A stretch of 32,000 nt of DNA from Delftia acidovorans NBRC 14950 (lineage in GTDB: Bacteria > Pseudomonadota > Gammaproteobacteria > Burkholderiales > Burkholderiaceae_C), in contig NZ_BCZP01000028.1 in assembly GCF_001598795.1 (NCBI RefSeq), positions 30,001 to 62,000 on the forward strand. The letters are read 5' to 3'. Positions 17,840 through 26,450 of the stretch are shown in pieces (position 1 is the stretch's first letter; each line of letters starts with the position of its first letter). Under the pieces are notes generated by a model. That model was not told the origin of the DNA, made no database searches, and was given only the letters and a program-made list of their open reading frames with translations. Made by a program: the position numbers and the translations under genes.

Positions 17840-17870
17840 GCAGGGCGCATTCGGCGCCCTGCATTCTTGA
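17840..17870 (+). terminator. Putative intrinsic terminator after glnB
   Basis: 9-bp stem GCAGGGCGC (17840-17848) / GCGCCCTGC (17854-17862) with a 5-nt loop, followed by the moderately T-rich ATTCTTGAT. Confidence 0.5.
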
Positions 17871-17927
17871 TATCTCGACGCTGGCGGCCATCCTCTCAAG
17901 GGTGGCCGTTTCCGTTTCCGCTTCTGT

Positions 17928-18521
17928 TCAGATCACGGCGCGCAAGGGCGCAGTCTCCAGGCCGGTGCCGGCGTTCTGCACCAGGGATTGCAGCAGCGTG
18001 GGGATGTCGCTGCCGCTTTCGATCAGTCCCATCTGCCACTCGCCCATGAAGCCATGGCCCACGCAGGTCTGCAGGAACTGCAGCATGCTGTCGTAGTAGC
18101 CATCCACATTGAGCAGGCCGATGGGCTTGTCGTGATAGCGCAGCTGGCGCCAGGTCCAGACCTCGAACAATTCCTCGAAGGTGCCTATGCCGCCGGGCAG
18201 GGCGACGAAGGCATCGCTGCGTTCGGCCATCATGGCCTTGCGCTCGTGCATGGTCTGGACGATGTGCAGTTCATCGCAGGCATGGTTGGCCAGTTCCTTG
18301 TCCACCAGCGCCTGCGGGATCACGCCCACGACGCGGCCGCCGGCCTGTCGTGTGGCCTCGGCCACCTCGCCCATCAGGCCGCTGCGGCCGCCTCCATAGA
18401 CCAGCTGGCCGCCGTGCTCGCCGATCCAGCGGCCGGTGGCGCGGGCCGCCTCAATGAATCCGGGCTGGTCGCCGGGGCGCGAGCCGCAATACACACAAAT
18501 GGAAAACGTGGGATTTGTCAT
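17928..18521 (-). CDS. LOG-family (TIGR00730-type) nucleotide 5'-monophosphate nucleosidase
   Basis: GGGRSGLMG and PGGIGTFEE signature motifs. 197 aa from ATG 18521, which overlaps the dgkA stop as ATGA. Confidence 0.88.
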   Translation of the reverse strand: MTNPTFSICVYCGSRPGDQPGFIEAARATGRWIGEHGGQLVYGGGRSGLMGEVAEATRQAGGRVVGVIPQALVDKELANHACDELHIVQTMHERKAMMAERSDAFVALPGGIGTFEELFEVWTWRQLRYHDKPIGLLNVDGYYDSMLQFLQTCVGHGFMGEWQMGLIESGSDIPTLLQSLVQNAGTGLETAPLRAVI

Positions 18522-18931
18522 GCAATGAACCGTTGATAGAGGGCGGCCAGCCAGACGCCGGCGCACAGCAGCAGCGCCAGCATCACGGCCGCGCTGCCCA
18601 TGTCCTTGGCCTGCTTGGACAGAACGTGCCATTCGGGGCCTATGCGATCGACCACGGCCTCGATGCCGCTGTTGAGCAGCTCCACGATCAGCACCAGCAA
18701 GACGGTGCCCGCCAGCAGTGCGACCTCGATCCAGCTGCTTCCCAGCCAGAAGGCGGCAGGGATCAGCACGATGGCGGCGAGCGCTTCCTGGCGGAAGGCT
18801 TTTTCATTCCATCCGGCGCGAAGGCCTGCCAGCGAATAGCCTGCCGCGTGCCAGACACGCGTCAGGCCTGTGCGGCTTTTCTGGGGATTGACAGGTGCAC
18901 TGTCGGTCGGGTCGGGAGATGCGGCGGGCAT
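18518..18931 (-). CDS. dgkA: Diacylglycerol kinase
   Basis: Collinear with E. coli DgkA (AAGYSLAGLRAGWNEKAFRQE...VELLNSGIEAVVDRIG...SKQAKDMGSAAV). 137 aa. Confidence 0.88.
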   Translation of the reverse strand: MPAASPDPTDSAPVNPQKSRTGLTRVWHAAGYSLAGLRAGWNEKAFRQEALAAIVLIPAAFWLGSSWIEVALLAGTVLLVLIVELLNSGIEAVVDRIGPEWHVLSKQAKDMGSAAVMLALLLCAGVWLAALYQRFIA

Positions 18932-18971
18932 GCTTGCGAGTGTAGGAGATGCGACGCTGCCTCTGGGGCTG

Positions 18972-19517
18972 TCAGCGCTTTTTCCTGGGCGCCGGGGCCT
19001 GGTGGATCAACTGGGTGCCAGCCCATGCGTCATGCCAGAACTGCCGGCGCGGATGAAAGCGGCTCAGAAGCGCCCAGAGCGCTACCCACAGCACCAGCAG
19101 CATCAGCGTGGTCAGTGCAGGCACGCCGGTCGAATAGGCCGCCAGTGGCGGCAGCAGCCAGATCCAGCTGAACACATAGCGCCGCAGCGCGCGCAACTGG
19201 CTGACGGGCTGGCCTGCCGCATCCACCAGGCGGATGTGCCAGGTCTTCATGGCCAGCGTCTGGCCCTTGGACCAGAACCAGACGAAGTAGATCCCCAGCA
19301 CCACGAACATGAAGGCCTGCAGCGCATGGCGGTTGTCCATGGCATTGCGTGTCTGCGACAGGGTGCCGAACAGATAGCCTGCAATGAAGACCACGCCGAA
19401 CAGCAGCATGCCCTCGTAGAGCCAGCAGGCCATGCGCCGCGCCAGTCGCGGGGCCATCTGTGGGGATGCTGCGATTGCGGCTGCCGTGGTGGAGGCGGGG
19501 GATGTGGCGTTCGTCAT
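18972..19517 (-). CDS. RDD-family integral membrane protein
   Basis: 181 aa with three hydrophobic segments and the KGQTLAMKTWHIRLVDAAGQPVS segment typical of RDD-domain proteins. Confidence 0.72.
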   Translation of the reverse strand: MTNATSPASTTAAAIAASPQMAPRLARRMACWLYEGMLLFGVVFIAGYLFGTLSQTRNAMDNRHALQAFMFVVLGIYFVWFWSKGQTLAMKTWHIRLVDAAGQPVSQLRALRRYVFSWIWLLPPLAAYSTGVPALTTLMLLVLWVALWALLSRFHPRRQFWHDAWAGTQLIHQAPAPRKKR

Positions 19518-19546
19518 GCGGACGGGGAGATCGGTGCGTCAGTGCG

Positions 19547-20398
19547 TCAATGCGAGAGGGGCGCTTCGCCGTGCGATGGCTGGGATGCAGCATCGGGGCT
19601 GTCATGCAGTTCCATGGGCGGCAAAGGCATGGGCGTGGCCGAGGGCACTTCCACCGGCGCCGTCTCCACCAGCGCCGGCGGGCGCACGGGATGGGTTTCC
19701 ACACCTGGAGGGGATGGGGCCGGAGGTACGGGGAGCGGCGGGTTGTAGATGGTGGCGGGCGGAATCTTCGGCGGATTCGGAATGGTGGCCGGAGCCACCG
19801 AGGCCGCCGGAATCCGCGCCAGCCGCTTGGGGGCCACGGGCTCTATGGCGGTGGCGGCGCCCTTGGCCTTGGGCGCGGCGCGCGCGGCCAGCAGGCGTTT
19901 TTCCTCGTCGCTGAGCGCCTGGTAGGCCTCCCACTGGGCGCGCTTGTCTGTGGCCAGGCGGTTGGTCAGGGCGAAATTCAGGCGGGCCTGGCTGCGTTGC
20001 TGGGCGCTGAGGCTGGACCAGGTCTGCATGCGATCGCGCAGCTTTTCCTGCTCTTTCTCGCTGAGCTTGTCCCAGCCCTCGGCCAGCGCCATCCAGCGGC
20101 GCTTTTGCAGCGCATCCATCATGGACCAGCGCTCGGACAGGGGTTCAAGCACGCTGCTCTGCGCCGGTGTCAGCTCTGCCCAGCGCGGGCCGGAGGCCAG
20201 GTCCGTGGCGCGCTGGCGTGTGGCTGCATCACCGTGCAGGGTCTTGGAGGCTGCGATCGTGGCCGGCGAGACGGTGCTGGGTGCCAGTCGTACCTGCTGC
20301 ACGACGCGCCAGCCGGTCCAGGCCAGCGCCATCAACAGCACCGCCGCCAGGATGGCGGCGGCTGAGCGGTGGAACGCGGCGCGTGAATCAGTGGGCAT
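19547..20398 (-). CDS. DUF3106-family protein (N-terminal membrane anchor, helical repeat region, Pro-rich tail)
   Basis: Membrane anchor AAAILAAVLLMALAW, four [WY]xxL[ST]xx[QE] repeats, and a Pro-rich C-terminus. Start is ATG 20398; the track start 20410 is a TTG codon. Confidence 0.65.
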   Translation of the reverse strand: MPTDSRAAFHRSAAAILAAVLLMALAWTGWRVVQQVRLAPSTVSPATIAASKTLHGDAATRQRATDLASGPRWAELTPAQSSVLEPLSERWSMMDALQKRRWMALAEGWDKLSEKEQEKLRDRMQTWSSLSAQQRSQARLNFALTNRLATDKRAQWEAYQALSDEEKRLLAARAAPKAKGAATAIEPVAPKRLARIPAASVAPATIPNPPKIPPATIYNPPLPVPPAPSPPGVETHPVRPPALVETAPVEVPSATPMPLPPMELHDSPDAASQPSHGEAPLSH

Positions 20399-20418
20399 GC
20401 AGGCAGGCAAGGCGGGGA

Positions 20419-20877
20419 TCAGCGTTCCGTGTTGGTGGCCGAAGTCTTCAGGTACTGGATGAAGCCGGGGTCGGCGTAGGCGGCGGGCGGCAGATCATCG
20501 GTCAGCAAGGCGGTATCCACCTCGGCAACCTCGGTCAGACCTGTCTGGTCCGTCTGCACGTTGACGACCACCAGGCCAACGATCAACGCCAGCACCGGCA
20601 CGGCCGAGATCAGCGCGCGCCACCAGGTGCCGCCCTCGTCGCCCGAGCCCAGCGTCAGCGTGCCGCCCTGGGCCTGGGTTGCGCTGGCGGTCTGCAGCGG
20701 TGCAGACCGCAGCTCGCGCCGGCGAACGGACAGGGCGCGCTCGCGCCCAGCGCGCAGCCGCTCGGTGATGTCGTATGGCAGCAACGCCTCGCCGTCACCC
20801 AGGCGCGCGGTGATCCGGCGTGCGATGCGGTCGGCCGCCATTTCGCTGTGGAGAGTGAGAGTGGGCGCAGTCTTCAT
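20419..20877 (-). CDS. DUF3619-family single-pass membrane protein (candidate anti-sigma factor)
   Basis: 152 aa with a cytoplasmic N-terminus, one TM (WWRALISAVPVLALIVGLVVV) and a short C-terminal tail. ATG 20877 overlaps the sigma-factor stop codon as ATGA. Confidence 0.65.
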   Translation of the reverse strand: MKTAPTLTLHSEMAADRIARRITARLGDGEALLPYDITERLRAGRERALSVRRRELRSAPLQTASATQAQGGTLTLGSGDEGGTWWRALISAVPVLALIVGLVVVNVQTDQTGLTEVAEVDTALLTDDLPPAAYADPGFIQYLKTSATNTER

Positions 20878-21446
20878 AGCTCGATTCCTTTGGCCTTCAG
20901 TGCCTTGCTCAATGTCTGGATGGCGCGGAAACAATGTGTTTTTACACTTCCTTCGGAACACCCCATCGCGGCAGCGGTCTCCGCGACGTCCATCTCTTCC
21001 CAATAACGCATCAGGAAAGCTTCGCGTTGACGTGCTGGAAGCTCCTGTATCTCTTTTTCAATGCTTTGCAAAATCTGGGCCCGCTCGGTCAGATCTTCGG
21101 CGCTGCGGGCGGTTTCGCCGTTCTGGCCGGAGTCGGCATAGGTTTCGAGCCAGTCGAAGTCCGCATCGTCGCTGGCCGACGCCTCCAGATCGCTCATGCG
21201 GGTGAAGAGGGCGTTCTGCGTTTTTTGCCGGCGAAACCAGTCCAGCGTGCTGTTGGACAGGATGCGCTGGAACAGCATGGGCAGCTCGTTGATGGGCTTG
21301 TCGCCATAGTGCTGCGCCAGCTTGAGCATGCTGTCCTGCACGATGTCCAGCGCCGCCTCCTCATCCCGGACGTGAAAAAAGCTGCGCTTGAAGGCTCGCT
21401 TTTCTACGCTTTTGAGGAAGTCGGATAGTTCTTGCTCGGTTGCCAA
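20874..21446 (-). CDS. ECF (sigma-70 family, RpoE-like) RNA polymerase sigma factor
   Basis: Region 2 (ALDIVQDSMLKLAQHY...LFQRILSNSTLDWFRRQK) and region 4 (LPARQREAFLMRYWEEMDVAETAAAMGCSEGSVKTHCFRA). There is no in-frame ATG before region 2. I propose TTG 21446 (LATEQELSDFL), placed by resemblance to the N-termini of homologs as I remember them. TTG 21587, TTG 21527 and GVG-type GTG 21521 are alternatives. Confidence 0.8.
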   Translation of the reverse strand: MATEQELSDFLKSVEKRAFKRSFFHVRDEEAALDIVQDSMLKLAQHYGDKPINELPMLFQRILSNSTLDWFRRQKTQNALFTRMSDLEASASDDADFDWLETYADSGQNGETARSAEDLTERAQILQSIEKEIQELPARQREAFLMRYWEEMDVAETAAAMGCSEGSVKTHCFRAIQTLSKALKAKGIEL

Positions 21447-21506
21447 AAGGAACGCAGGCCCGGATGAGGGGCTCGTTGATGAGGGGCTGAACGGGTGCGG
21501 GGCCTG

Positions 21507-21571
21507 ATTATCGCACCGCACTGTCAATTTTTTTCGCAGGATGGCGCGCAGGCTTGTTGCAGTGCGATAAT
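21507..21571. repeat. 10-bp perfect inverted repeat ATTATCGCAC / GTGCGATAAT, 45 nt apart, in the sigma/ilvB divergent region
   Basis: Arms lie at 21507-21516 and 21562-21571. Each arm read outward is TGCGATAAT, which fits an extended -10 pattern (TGnGATAAT). Confidence 0.6.
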
Positions 21572-21723
21572 GTCTGCTGCAATTCAAAAAGGCAAACGGG
21601 TCACGGTCCGGCGTTTACTCACTCGCCCATGTCTGTTGGTCCTAAGTCCCGCACCGGCCTCACAAGGGCTTCAGGCAAGGGGCACCCAAGGTTTTTCGTT
21701 AGAGAAATTCACAAAGGTTGATC

Positions 21724-23505
21724 ATGGAAATTTCCAAAGCCGAGTACTCCAGCGCGGCAGCAGCGGCGTCGCAGTCCCATGCACCCCAGGAGCTGATGGG
21801 CTCCGAGATCCTCGTCAAGTCCCTGCAGGCCGAAGGTGTCAAGCAGCTTTGGGGCTATCCGGGCGGTGCGGTTCTGTACATCTACGACGCCCTCTACAAA
21901 CAAGATTCCATTCAGCATGTGCTGGTGCGCCATGAACAGGCGGCAGTGCATGCGGCAGACGGTTTTGCCCGTGCCACGGGTGAAGTCGGCGTGGCCCTGG
22001 TGACTTCGGGTCCCGGCCTGACCAACGCCGTGACCGGCATTGCCACCGCCTACACCGATTCCATTCCCCTGGTCGTGATCAGCGGCCAGACCTCGACGGC
22101 CTACATCGGCACCGATGCGTTCCAGGAATGCGACACCGTCGGCATCACCCGCCCCATCGTCAAGCACAACTTCCTGGTGAAGGATGTGCGCGAGCTGGCG
22201 GACACGATGAAGAAGGCCTTCCACATCGCGCGCACCGGCCGTCCCGGCCCCGTGGTGGTGGACATCCCCAAGGACGTGTCCTTCAAGAAGGCGCTCTACG
22301 CAGGCTACCCCGACAAGGTGGAGATGCGCTCCTACAACCCGGTGCGCAAGGGCCATGCCGGCCAGATCCGCAAGGCGCTGCAGTTGCTGCTGGCCGCCAA
22401 GCGACCCTATATCTACACGGGCGGCGGCGTTCTGCTGGGCAATGCCTGCAACGAGCTGCGCACGCTGGTGGACATGCTGGGCTACCCGGTCACGCATACG
22501 CTGCTGGGCCTGGGCGCCTATCCGGCCAGCGACCGCAAGTTCCTGGGCATGCTGGGCATGCACGGCACCATCGAAGCCAACAATGCCATGCAGAACTGCG
22601 ACGTGCTGCTGGCGGTGGGTGCACGCTTCGATGACCGCGTGATCGGCAACCCCAAGCATTTCATGTCGGTGGAGCGCAAGATCATCCACATCGACATCGA
22701 TCCCTCTTCCATCTCCAAGCGCGTGAAGGTGGACGTGCCCATCGTGGGCGACGTCAAGGAGGTGCTGACCGAGCTGATCTCCATGATCCGCGAGGCAAGT
22801 GCCCGTCCCGACGCAGCGGCCCTGGGCCAATGGTGGGAGACCATCGAAGGCTGGCGCAGCCGCGACTGCCTGCAGTACAGCCGTGGCGATGGCTCGGTCA
22901 TCAAGCCCCAGTACGTGGTGGAGACGCTGTGGAACATGACCCGCGACGCCGATGCCTACATCACGTCCGACGTGGGCCAGCATCAGATGTGGGCCGCGCA
23001 GTACTACCGCTTCGACGAGCCGCGCCGCTGGATCAACTCCGGCGGCCTGGGCACCATGGGCGTGGGCCTGCCCTACGCCATGGGCATCAAGCTGGCCAAG
23101 CCTGAATCCGAGGTGTTCTGCATCACGGGTGAAGGCTCCATCCAGATGAATATCCAGGAGCTGGCCACCTGCCTGCAGTACAACACGCCGGTCAAGGTGG
23201 TGTCGCTGAACAACCGCTACCTGGGCATGGTGCGCCAGTGGCAGGAGATCGAGTACTCGGGTCGCTACAGCAGCAGCTACATGGACTCGCTGCCCAACTT
23301 CGTGAAGCTGGCCGAGGCCTATGGCCACGTGGGCATGCTGATCGAGCGCCCCGAGGACGTGGAGCCCGCCCTGCGCGAGGCACGCAAGCTCAAGGACCGC
23401 ACGGTGTTCATGGACTTCCGTACCGATCCCACCGAGAATGTGTTCCCCATGGTGCAGGCCGGCCGTGGGATCACCGAGATGCTGCTGGGAGCTGACGACC
23501 TCTGA
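21724..23505 (+). CDS. ilvB: Acetolactate synthase (acetohydroxyacid synthase) large subunit
   Basis: GSEILVKSLQAEGVKQLWGYPGG N-terminus and the ThDP motif GGLGTMGVGLPYAMG...LNNRYLGMV. AAGG Shine-Dalgarno 6 nt before ATG 21724; the track start 21718 is a TTG codon. Confidence 0.93.
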   Translation: MEISKAEYSSAAAAASQSHAPQELMGSEILVKSLQAEGVKQLWGYPGGAVLYIYDALYKQDSIQHVLVRHEQAAVHAADGFARATGEVGVALVTSGPGLTNAVTGIATAYTDSIPLVVISGQTSTAYIGTDAFQECDTVGITRPIVKHNFLVKDVRELADTMKKAFHIARTGRPGPVVVDIPKDVSFKKALYAGYPDKVEMRSYNPVRKGHAGQIRKALQLLLAAKRPYIYTGGGVLLGNACNELRTLVDMLGYPVTHTLLGLGAYPASDRKFLGMLGMHGTIEANNAMQNCDVLLAVGARFDDRVIGNPKHFMSVERKIIHIDIDPSSISKRVKVDVPIVGDVKEVLTELISMIREASARPDAAALGQWWETIEGWRSRDCLQYSRGDGSVIKPQYVVETLWNMTRDADAYITSDVGQHQMWAAQYYRFDEPRRWINSGGLGTMGVGLPYAMGIKLAKPESEVFCITGEGSIQMNIQELATCLQYNTPVKVVSLNNRYLGMVRQWQEIEYSGRYSSSYMDSLPNFVKLAEAYGHVGMLIERPEDVEPALREARKLKDRTVFMDFRTDPTENVFPMVQAGRGITEMLLGADDL

Positions 23506-23659
23506 GTATGGTCCCTTGCGGGATTTGCCCGGGTTCATTCCTGCCGCATCCGTTCCAGTAAGCCGTCCTCGAGGCGGCCCCTTTGACGAATCTATTGCCT
23601 GCCAAGCCCGACGTTTACCGGCGCCGGGGGAGGGCAGCGAAAAGAGGAATCTTTCTTTC

Positions 23660-24151
23660 ATGAAACACATCATTGCCGTGCTGCTCGAAAACGAGCCGGG
23701 AGCCTTGTCGCGCGTGGTGGGCCTGTTCTCGGCCCGCGGCTACAACATCGAATCGCTGACCGTGGCCCCCACGGAAGACGCATCGCTGTCGCGCATGACC
23801 ATTCAGACGAATGGCTCCGAAGACGTGATCGAGCAGATAACCAAGCACCTGAATCGCCTGATCGAGGTCGTCAAGGTCGTGGACCTGACCGAAGGCTCCT
23901 ATACCGAGCGCGAACTCATGATGGTCAAGGTCCGCGCCGTGGGCAAGGAACGCGAGGAGATGAAGCGCATGGCGGACATCTTCCGCGGCCGCATCATCGA
24001 CGTGACCGAAAAGAGCTACACGGTCGAGCTGACCGGCGACCAATCCAAGAACGACGCCTTCCTGCAGGCGCTGGACCGCACGGCCATTCTGGAAACCGTG
24101 CGCACCGGCTCCTGCGGCATCGGCCGCGGCGAACGCATCCTGCGCGTTTGA
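23660..24151 (+). CDS. ilvH: Acetolactate synthase small (regulatory) subunit
   Basis: ACT domain HIIAVLLENEPGALSRVVGLFSARGYNIESL. 163 aa from ATG 23660, preceded by AGAGGA. Confidence 0.93.
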   Translation: MKHIIAVLLENEPGALSRVVGLFSARGYNIESLTVAPTEDASLSRMTIQTNGSEDVIEQITKHLNRLIEVVKVVDLTEGSYTERELMMVKVRAVGKEREEMKRMADIFRGRIIDVTEKSYTVELTGDQSKNDAFLQALDRTAILETVRTGSCGIGRGERILRV

Positions 24152-25240
<1,089 letters not shown>

Positions 25241-25297
25241 GATTGCTGCATTCCATCTTGTCTGGGTCGCGCAAGCGGCCTACGCAAGGTGCAGGAC

Positions 25298-25326
25298 AAG
25301 GCCACCCCGACGGGTGGCCTTTTTCG
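25298..25326 (+). terminator. Intrinsic terminator of ilvC
   Basis: 10-bp stem AAGGCCACCC (25298-25307) / GGGTGGCCTT (25312-25321) with a 4-nt loop, followed by a T run. Confidence 0.8.
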
Positions 25327-25450
25327 TGCAGGGAAGGGGTGCGGCGCGCAGGTACACTGACCCTTTCGGGGCGGCGCAGTCCGCTCCCTTAGAATACTAT
25401 CGTTTTAATAGCTGCCCGCGCCCGTAGGCGCTGTGCTGGAGGCTGGATTG

Positions 25451-26284
25451 ATGCAAAACCACAATGAGTCCAACGAGATTGAGGGCGTGGTGGTGCGCAA
25501 GCGCCGCAAGGGTATCTACATCCTGCCCAACCTGTTCACGCTGGCTGCGCTGTTCGGTGGCTTCTACGCCATCGTGATGGCCATGAATGGCCGCTTCGAA
25601 CTGGCTGCCGCAGGCGTGTTCTGCGCCATGGTGCTGGACAGTCTTGACGGCCGCGTGGCACGCATGACCAATACGCAAAGCGCCTTTGGCGAACAGATGG
25701 ACTCGCTGTCGGACATGGTGTCCTTCGGAGCCGCTCCGGCCTTGATCGCCTATGAATGGGCGCTCAAGGGCATTGGTCGCTGGGGCTGGATTGCCGCCTT
25801 TGTCTATTGCGCCTGCGCTGCACTGCGGCTGGCGCGTTTCAACGTGAATACCGGCACGGTGGACAAGCGCTGGTTCCAGGGCCTGCCTTCGCCTGCGGCG
25901 GCGGCGCTGGTCACGGGCTTCATCTGGCTGCTGGACGAGGCGGGCCTGCTGCGCGGGCAGGATGCCTGGCTGAGCTGGACGCAGATCACCTGGATCATGT
26001 TCTTCCTGACGTTGTACGCGGGCCTGACCATGGTCACCAATGTGCCGTTCTACAGCTTCAAGGACGTGCACTTCAAGAAGAGCGTGCCGTTTGCCGCCAT
26101 CGTGCTGATTGCGCTGGGCATTGCCATCATCAACATCCACCCGCCTATCGTGCTGTTCGGCGTGTTCCTGCTCTACGGTTTCTCGGGCTATGGCGTCTAC
26201 GCCTGGCGCAAGGCCAAGGGTCAGCGCACCAGCGTCATCAGCACCTCGACCGACGAGCCCGAGGAGCGCGGCCTGCACAAGTGA
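25451..26284 (+). CDS. pssA: CDP-diacylglycerol--serine O-phosphatidyltransferase
   Basis: CDP-alcohol phosphatidyltransferase motif DSLDGRVARMTNTQSAFGEQMDSLSD in a multi-pass membrane protein. GGAGG lies 8 nt before ATG 25451; the track start 25433 is GTG. Confidence 0.88.
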   Translation: MQNHNESNEIEGVVVRKRRKGIYILPNLFTLAALFGGFYAIVMAMNGRFELAAAGVFCAMVLDSLDGRVARMTNTQSAFGEQMDSLSDMVSFGAAPALIAYEWALKGIGRWGWIAAFVYCACAALRLARFNVNTGTVDKRWFQGLPSPAAAALVTGFIWLLDEAGLLRGQDAWLSWTQITWIMFFLTLYAGLTMVTNVPFYSFKDVHFKKSVPFAAIVLIALGIAIINIHPPIVLFGVFLLYGFSGYGVYAWRKAKGQRTSVISTSTDEPEERGLHK

Positions 26285-26335
26285 TGCGGCGCAGCATCTT
26301 CACAGCCTTTGTGAACCTGTGCTAAAGTCGTCCGA

Positions 26336-26389
26336 ATGCAATACCTGTCGCTAGCTCTACTACTGATGTCCAACGGGCAGAGACAGTAG
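26336..26389 (+). CDS. Putative leu leader peptide MQYLSLALLLMSNGQRQ (17 codons)
   Basis: ATG CAA TAC CTG TCG CTA GCT CTA CTA CTG ATG TCC AAC GGG CAG AGA CAG TAG. Five of the 17 codons are Leu, and three of those are CTA, which is visibly rare in the surrounding CTG-dominated genes. It lies in the pssA-leuA spacer directly upstream of a terminator hairpin. No strong Shine-Dalgarno. Confidence 0.55.
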   Translation: MQYLSLALLLMSNGQRQ

Positions 26390-26412
26390 CGCGCGCGTAC
26401 ATACCTACTTTC

Positions 26413-26450
26413 ACGGCCCGTTTGCACCAGCGACGGGCCGTTTTGCATTT
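26413..26450 (+). terminator. Attenuator terminator upstream of the first isopropylmalate synthase gene
   Basis: 9-bp stem ACGGCCCGT (26413-26421) / ACGGGCCGT (26433-26441), followed by TTTGCATTT. The 5' arm (GCCCGTT, 26416-26422) can alternatively pair with AACGGGC (26372-26378) inside the leader ORF. Confidence 0.68.

Noticed and set aside
21541-21721. Candidate ilvB leader peptides: MARRLVAVR (21541-21570), a 30-codon ORF from ATG 21629, and the Val/Leu-containing frame from ATG 21570.
   Set aside because: The 9-codon ORF overlaps the putative -10 element and has no ribosome-binding site. The ATG 21629 ORF has no branched-chain run. The ATG 21570 frame stays open far into ilvB (to 21935). 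I could also find no stable hairpin preceding the T run at 21692-21696. There is no convincing ilv attenuator here, in contrast to the leuA leader.
23508-23561. A 17-codon ORF (MVPCGICPGSFLPHPFQ) with a CxxC immediately after the ilvB stop.
   Set aside because: It has no ribosome-binding site and atypical codon usage. Short ORFs of this kind are expected by chance, and nothing else supports it.
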